The notes under the pieces: generated by a model
Seen by the model: the letters and a program-made list of their open reading frames with translations, nothing else
The model's database searches: none
What the model was told of the DNA's origin: nothing
Shown: positions 58,871 to 64,000 of the stretch, one piece after another
Layout: each line of letters opens with the position of its first letter
Position numbering within the stretch: position 1 is the stretch's first letter
Translations under genes and position numbers: made by a program
Origin: Bacteroidales bacterium
Lineage (GTDB): Bacteria > Bacteroidota > Bacteroidia > Bacteroidales > WRLA01
DNA length: 64,000 bases
NCBI GenBank assembly: GCA_963676725.1
Contig: OY781463.1
Span: forward strand, 4,048,976-4,112,975
Direction of reading: 5' to 3'

Positions 58871-61768
58871 ATGCGAAGAAACATCACAAATCCAATAATT
58901 TTCACTGTCTTCTTTGTCTTATTATGTTTTCACATTAGTGCGAAAATTAATAGCACCGGCACACCCAAAGTCCGCAACTACGACAATTCCACAATACTTG
59001 CCGGCCCCCAAACCTGGATGATCAGTACATCAAGTTCAGGAATAATGTATTTTGCAAATAACGACGGACTGCTACAATTTAACGGTCAGGATTGGGAAAT
59101 CTATCCTCTGCCCAAGGCAACCGTTGTGCGCAGTGTTTATCCAACGGATGAAGGAAAAATTTATGTGGGTGGATTTAATGAGATCGGCTATTTCTCAGCT
59201 GGATTCAATGGCGATTTACTATATCATTCATTAATTCCTCTCTTACCAGAAGAAGCAAAAGACTTTGGGGATTTATGGAAAATTTACGACACACCACAAG
59301 GCATTGTTTTTCAATGCTATAAGCAAATAATGATTTTAACGGACAGCACTTTTCATGTTCTTAAAGCGCCCGGGCAATTTCATTTTTCATATTCCGTACA
59401 CGGAGATATTTATGTTAATGACCTAGAAGTTGGGATTATGAGGCTTTCTGGCTCCAGACTCGTCAGGATGCCGGGACTGAATCGCTTAAAGGGAATGTTG
59501 ATTTGGTCTATTTTGCCTTTTGGGGATAATTTACTTATTGCCACATCACAAGATGGAATATTCCTTTATAATGGGCTGGAGCTTACAAAATGGGACAATC
59601 AGGCATCGAGAAGGCTTTCCGAAAAACAACTCTTTTGCGGTTTGCATCTCCCCAACAATAATTATGCTTTTGGAACAATTCAGGACGGTTTTCTTATATG
59701 CGACACCCTAGGAAACATATTGCAAAGCATTAATCTTGAAAACGGATTACAGAACAATACTGTTCTAAGCATGCAAATAGATCAATATCAAAACCTTTGG
59801 TTGGGGCTTGACCATGGCATTGACTATGCTGAAATAAATTCACCCATTACATACTTAGGGCATTTTAATGGTCTCAGTGCGGGTTATACAGCCGTATTGC
59901 ATAACAAAAACCTATATTTTGGAACCAATAGAGGTCTATTTTATGCGAGTTGGCCAAGATTGCAGGAAAGCGACAACAAAAATATTTTTAAAATTGTCCC
60001 CGGGACAGAAGGACAAGTGTGGTCATTAAGTGTTATCGACAATAACCTTTTTTGTGGCCATAATTCCGGAGTATGCATTATTCAGAACAACAAGGCTGAA
60101 TGGATCTCCAAAGAGCCGGGCGGATGGACCTTTATTCGACCCACAAATCATAAAAGCCTACTGCTTTGCGGCACATATAACGGATTAATCCGTTTTGAAA
60201 AAATTAATGGCAAATGGGAAAACGGAGGGAAAGTAAAAAACTTTAGTGAATCTTCCCGATTTCTTGCCAATGCCGGCAAAAATAGTTTCTGGATGAGCCA
60301 CGGATATAAAGGCATCTATAAAATCGTATTAAACAACTCTTTGGACAGCGCAATTCAAATAAACCTTTTCGACACAAGCGATGGCCTGCCAGACAATACC
60401 GGGGCAAATGTTTTTCAATTGTTTGGCAAACCAGTATTTACAACGAGCGACGGCTTTTATTCCTTTAATAATTTATCCAAACAATTTTATAAAGACAAAA
60501 GCATAAACAATCTCTTTCCCGTTGAAGGAATAGAAACAATTTACGAGGACAAGCAAAATAACCTATGGTATTTCACAAAAACCGAAGCGGGGGTATTTCG
60601 GCTGCAAGAAGACGGCAGTTATAGAAATGTAGATGTCCCTTTCCGGGAACTAAAAGGCAGTTTCATTAAAGGATTTCAGTTTGTATACCCTTTAGATTAT
60701 AAAAACACATTTTTTGGTACCCAAAAAGGATATGTGCATTATACCCCGGAATACCAAAAAAATTACACTCAGGAATACAATTGTTATATTCAATCAGTCA
60801 AACTTCTGGCAAACGACTCCTTATTATATGGAGGAAACCTCCCCACGCAAAACTCATTAGCAATCTCTTTACCATTTAAATACAATCAGTTGTATTTTCA
60901 AATTGCAGCCAATGATTTTGAGAATCCGAACAGTTTGCAATACGCAACCTTTCTGGAAGGTTTTGAAGAAGGATGGTCGCCATGGCAAAAACGCATGTCT
61001 AAAGAATACACAAATCTTCCTTATGGAGACTATGTCTTTCATGCCAAAGCCCTTAATATATATGGCCACGAATCCTCAAAGGCAGAAATTTCTTTCACAA
61101 TTTTGCCCCCATGGTATTTTAGCAGCTACGGCTATACGCTCTATTTCTTTCTTTTCCTGATCATGCTTTTTTTATTTTATCGCTATGTCAGGTATCGCAC
61201 ACAGCGAATGAAAGACAAGGAAAAAAAGCGCCAAGAGCAAATGTACCGTGAACGCGAAAAACAATTAAAAACATCAGCCCTTGAAGCAGAAAAAGAAGTA
61301 ATACGGCTTCGGAATATAAATCTAAGAGCCGAAATGATCCAAAAAGACAAAGAATTGGCAAATGCAACAATGCAGATGATTCAAAAAAACAAATCTTTGT
61401 CCGTTATTAAAAAAAGCTTGCAACGACTTTCCTCAGAATCAAACGACGAATTAACAAAGAACCAAATGAACACATTAATTCGTAAGATTAACAGGGAAAT
61501 GGATAGCGAAAAACAATGGAAGGTGTTTGAAGATCACTTCGAGAACGTTCATGAAACCCTACTCAAACGTATTAAAGCAAAATACCCCGATTTAAGCCCT
61601 AGCGAATTAAAACTCTGCGCCTATCTGAGGCTCAATATTTCCAGCAAAGAAATTTCCACACTGATGAACATTTCGACAAGGGGGGTCGAAATAAGTCGGT
61701 ACCGCCTCAGGAAAAAACTCAATATAAGCCGCGAAACTAATTTGACAGAGTTTATTATGAAATTCTAG
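58871..61768 (+). CDS. Membrane one-component regulator: beta-propeller/Y_Y_Y sensor plus LuxR-type HTH
   Basis: 965 aa. It has a signal/anchor, propeller repeats and a Y_Y_Y region (YFQIAANDFENPNSLQYATFLEGFEEGWSPW...YGDYVFHAKA). These are followed by a TM helix (YTLYFFLFLIMLFLFY), a coiled coil and a GerE/LuxR HTH (LSPSELKLCAYLRLNISSKEISTLMNISTRGVEISRYRLRKKL). Confidence 0.85.
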   Translation: MRRNITNPIIFTVFFVLLCFHISAKINSTGTPKVRNYDNSTILAGPQTWMISTSSSGIMYFANNDGLLQFNGQDWEIYPLPKATVVRSVYPTDEGKIYVGGFNEIGYFSAGFNGDLLYHSLIPLLPEEAKDFGDLWKIYDTPQGIVFQCYKQIMILTDSTFHVLKAPGQFHFSYSVHGDIYVNDLEVGIMRLSGSRLVRMPGLNRLKGMLIWSILPFGDNLLIATSQDGIFLYNGLELTKWDNQASRRLSEKQLFCGLHLPNNNYAFGTIQDGFLICDTLGNILQSINLENGLQNNTVLSMQIDQYQNLWLGLDHGIDYAEINSPITYLGHFNGLSAGYTAVLHNKNLYFGTNRGLFYASWPRLQESDNKNIFKIVPGTEGQVWSLSVIDNNLFCGHNSGVCIIQNNKAEWISKEPGGWTFIRPTNHKSLLLCGTYNGLIRFEKINGKWENGGKVKNFSESSRFLANAGKNSFWMSHGYKGIYKIVLNNSLDSAIQINLFDTSDGLPDNTGANVFQLFGKPVFTTSDGFYSFNNLSKQFYKDKSINNLFPVEGIETIYEDKQNNLWYFTKTEAGVFRLQEDGSYRNVDVPFRELKGSFIKGFQFVYPLDYKNTFFGTQKGYVHYTPEYQKNYTQEYNCYIQSVKLLANDSLLYGGNLPTQNSLAISLPFKYNQLYFQIAANDFENPNSLQYATFLEGFEEGWSPWQKRMSKEYTNLPYGDYVFHAKALNIYGHESSKAEISFTILPPWYFSSYGYTLYFFLFLIMLFLFYRYVRYRTQRMKDKEKKRQEQMYREREKQLKTSALEAEKEVIRLRNINLRAEMIQKDKELANATMQMIQKNKSLSVIKKSLQRLSSESNDELTKNQMNTLIRKINREMDSEKQWKVFEDHFENVHETLLKRIKAKYPDLSPSELKLCAYLRLNISSKEISTLMNISTRGVEISRYRLRKKLNISRETNLTEFIMKF

Positions 61769-62071
61769 AAAATCTCCGCAAACACTCTCCAAAACACCAC
61801 TTCTTATTTCTTGTCACAGTCTATATTTCTTCTACCACCGGGCTTTGGATATGAAATATAAATGAGCAGGCAAAACAAAACTTTCTAAATATCTATATTA
61901 TTGTTTATCAGTACATTAAAAATATACTGATGTATTATTGATGTAATAAAAACTCTTTAATGATGAGTTTTTGTTGAAGCTATTTATTTGGAAACCCTTT
62001 CATACATGAACTACTTTCGTCACTGGAATTTTCATCAAATCAACCGCATTACTCACCAAATTACTAAACCA

Positions 62072-64000
62072 ATGATTAAAAAGTACACAGTATTAGTATT
62101 AACATTTCTCTTGCTCAGCAGCCTCGCCATGGCTCAACAGAATGAGCTGCGCGGAGTGGTTATTTCCGGCGATGACGGCATGCCCATCCCAGGCGTGACA
62201 GTGCTGGTAAAAGGCACAATGAACGGTACAACAACCGACATTGACGGAAATTATTCCATCAAAAACGTTCCTATTGATTCAACTATTTTGTTCTCTTATA
62301 TAGGAATGACTACTCATGCCTTTCAATATGACGGCAGGGTCAAATTGGATGTAACATTAGAACCGGTCGCCACGGATATGGACGAAGTGGTTATTGTGGG
62401 TTATGGTGTACAAAAAAAGAGCGTTGTTACCGGCTCTATTGCCAAGATTGATTCAGACGCCATCAATGAAACATCAAATGTTCGCGCAGAAGACGCCATG
62501 CAAGGAAGACTTGCCGGCGTTGCTGTCACTTCCAATTCCGGACAACCGGGAGCCTCGGCACAGGTGCGCATCCGTGGTACATCATCAATAAACAGCGGCA
62601 ACGAACCTCTTTATGTTGTTGATGGCATCCCTATTACCGGTGGCCTTGATTTTTTGAACCCCGGAGACATCTCTTCCATAGAAGTATTGAAAGATGCTGC
62701 CTCTGCAGCAATTTACGGTTCACGTGCAGCAAATGGTGTTGTATTAATCAGCACAAAAACAGGACAAGGCCCGAGCGGACAGTCCGAAAATAAATTTCAA
62801 GTAAGCTATTCCGGTTACTATGGCTGGCAAAATGCTTGGAAAAAACTAGACCTTCTTAATGCACGCGAATATGGTGTTATTATGAACGAAGCCACCGTTA
62901 ATGGTGGAGGAACACCAATATTTAGCGATCCTCAATCGCTTGGTGAAGGCACTGATTGGCAAGACGAAGTGTTTTATGAAAATGCTCCAATCCAAAGCCA
63001 CCAAATTAGTATCACAGGAGGCAACGATAAATCCAGCTACCTCACCTCTTTTTCATATTTTAGCCAGGACGGTATTGTTGCGGAGGGAAACTCCAATTAC
63101 GAAAGAATTACCCTGCGATTCAATTCAGACCACAAATTAACAGACAAATTTACCTTTGGAAATACCTTTGGTTATGCGCATGTTCAAAGCCGTGGTGTTG
63201 ATGAAAACTCAGAATGGGGCTCACCCCTATCCCGCGCTTTAAATATGGATCCTGTAACTCCGGTAGTTATCACAGATCCGGAAATTGCAGCCCAATATGC
63301 AGCAAATTACCCCAATGCGCTTCAAAATGCAGACGGAAATTATTACGGCATTTCGCCCTATGTTACTTCCGAAATACTGAACCCTGTTGCAGCCCTCTCT
63401 ATTCTAAACCAAAAAGGATATTCCGATAAATTTGTTGGAAACCTCTTTGCCACCTATGAAATTATTTCCGGTTTAAAATTCAGGACACAATTTGGAGCAG
63501 ATCTGGCCTTTTGGGGAAGCAATGGTTCGCACCCAAAATTCTATCTGAATGCAACTAATTATGCCGATTACAACTCAATGAATCGCGCATCAGCAAAAGG
63601 AACAACCTGGAATTGGGAAAACACTTTGACTTATCAAAAGACAATTGCCAAGAAACACGATATTACAGCACTCATCGGAACCTCAGCATTTAAAAGCTCT
63701 GGAGACAATATGGGCGGTTCAAAACAAGGCATGCCTTATTACGATCCAAATATGAACTATTTTGATTATGCTCAAAACGAAGAAAGCGAACAGGTTTATG
63801 GTTATGGGTGGGAAAACAGCCTTTCTTCTGTTTTTGCCCGTGTTAATTATGCTTTCGATGATAAATACCTCTTTACAGGTATTATCCGTAGGGACGGTTC
63901 TTCCCGTTTTGGCCCGGACAATAAATATGCAATCTTCCCTTCCGTATCTGCAGGATGGATCCTTTCAGAAGAAAACTTCCTCAGCGAAAACAAGACGATT
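62072..64000 (+). CDS. SusC/RagA-family TonB-dependent outer membrane receptor (5' 643 codons; continues off the window)
   Basis: My translation from the ATG at 62072 reads MIKKYTVLVLTFLLLSSLAMAQQNELRGVVISGDDGMPIPGVTVLVKGTMNGTTTDIDGNYSI, a signal peptide plus a CarbopepD_reg-like domain. A plug region with DEVVIVGYGVQKKS follows. The frame is open to the window end. Confidence 0.9.
   Translation, partial: MIKKYTVLVLTFLLLSSLAMAQQNELRGVVISGDDGMPIPGVTVLVKGTMNGTTTDIDGNYSIKNVPIDSTILFSYIGMTTHAFQYDGRVKLDVTLEPVATDMDEVVIVGYGVQKKSVVTGSIAKIDSDAINETSNVRAEDAMQGRLAGVAVTSNSGQPGASAQVRIRGTSSINSGNEPLYVVDGIPITGGLDFLNPGDISSIEVLKDAASAAIYGSRAANGVVLISTKTGQGPSGQSENKFQVSYSGYYGWQNAWKKLDLLNAREYGVIMNEATVNGGGTPIFSDPQSLGEGTDWQDEVFYENAPIQSHQISITGGNDKSSYLTSFSYFSQDGIVAEGNSNYERITLRFNSDHKLTDKFTFGNTFGYAHVQSRGVDENSEWGSPLSRALNMDPVTPVVITDPEIAAQYAANYPNALQNADGNYYGISPYVTSEILNPVAALSILNQKGYSDKFVGNLFATYEIISGLKFRTQFGADLAFWGSNGSHPKFYLNATNYADYNSMNRASAKGTTWNWENTLTYQKTIAKKHDITALIGTSAFKSSGDNMGGSKQGMPYYDPNMNYFDYAQNEESEQVYGYGWENSLSSVFARVNYAFDDKYLFTGIIRRDGSSRFGPDNKYAIFPSVSAGWILSEENFLSENKTI

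Noticed and set aside
1-64000. Search for CRISPR arrays, tRNA/rRNA genes, IS elements, integrases, long tandem repeats or prophage remnants.
   Set aside because: Visual inspection of all intergenic gaps found none, and every large ORF has a cellular-function assignment. Manual reading could miss short or degenerate repeats inside coding regions, so a computational repeat scan would still be worthwhile.

Overview
This 64-kb chromosomal segment looks like a Bacteroidota genome. Supporting signs are a SusC/RagA-type TonB receptor, a membrane Y_Y_Y/LuxR regulator, many lipoproteins, and exact TAnnTTTG -7 boxes a short distance upstream of many start codons. I count 46 protein-coding genes (two truncated by the window edges). 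I saw no rRNA, tRNA, CRISPR array, transposase, integrase or phage genes. Positions 1-23 kb are mostly housekeeping: carB/carA, ruvB, queG, mfd, aspartate kinase, DPP-IV, polyprenyl synthase, a LysM transglycosylase and a CoA-transferase. This part also holds a sensor kinase/receiver pair and a Usp-SPOR-Usp unit. Positions 23-44 kb are envelope-related: an exported TPR-CHAT protein, a MacB-like permease, an LptF/G-glycosyltransferase operon, an exosortase-like gene behind an ECF sigma and an anti-sigma/beta-barrel gene, and a TetR-TetR-TolC-MFP-RND efflux operon. Positions 44.5-58.5 kb form a signalling island. Its core is the most interesting object in the window: a tightly packed 12-gene, about 11.9-kb minus-strand Che-like operon. 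The gene order is STAS, cheY, cheA, cheW, mcp, cheR, a histidine-less kinase-like gene, cheD, cheB, two REC-HK-REC hybrid kinases and a lone receiver. It carries no motor genes and no recognisable output domain. The MCP has a CZB-type His/Cys/His/His signature in its predicted periplasmic domain and a C-terminal EFERF pentapeptide. The window ends with the start of a PUL-like unit (regulator plus susC). A second candidate is a promoter-to-terminator leader that abuts the carA start codon. All calls come from reading translations, motifs and hairpins by eye. No database search or folding computation was run, so family names are recognition-level assignments.
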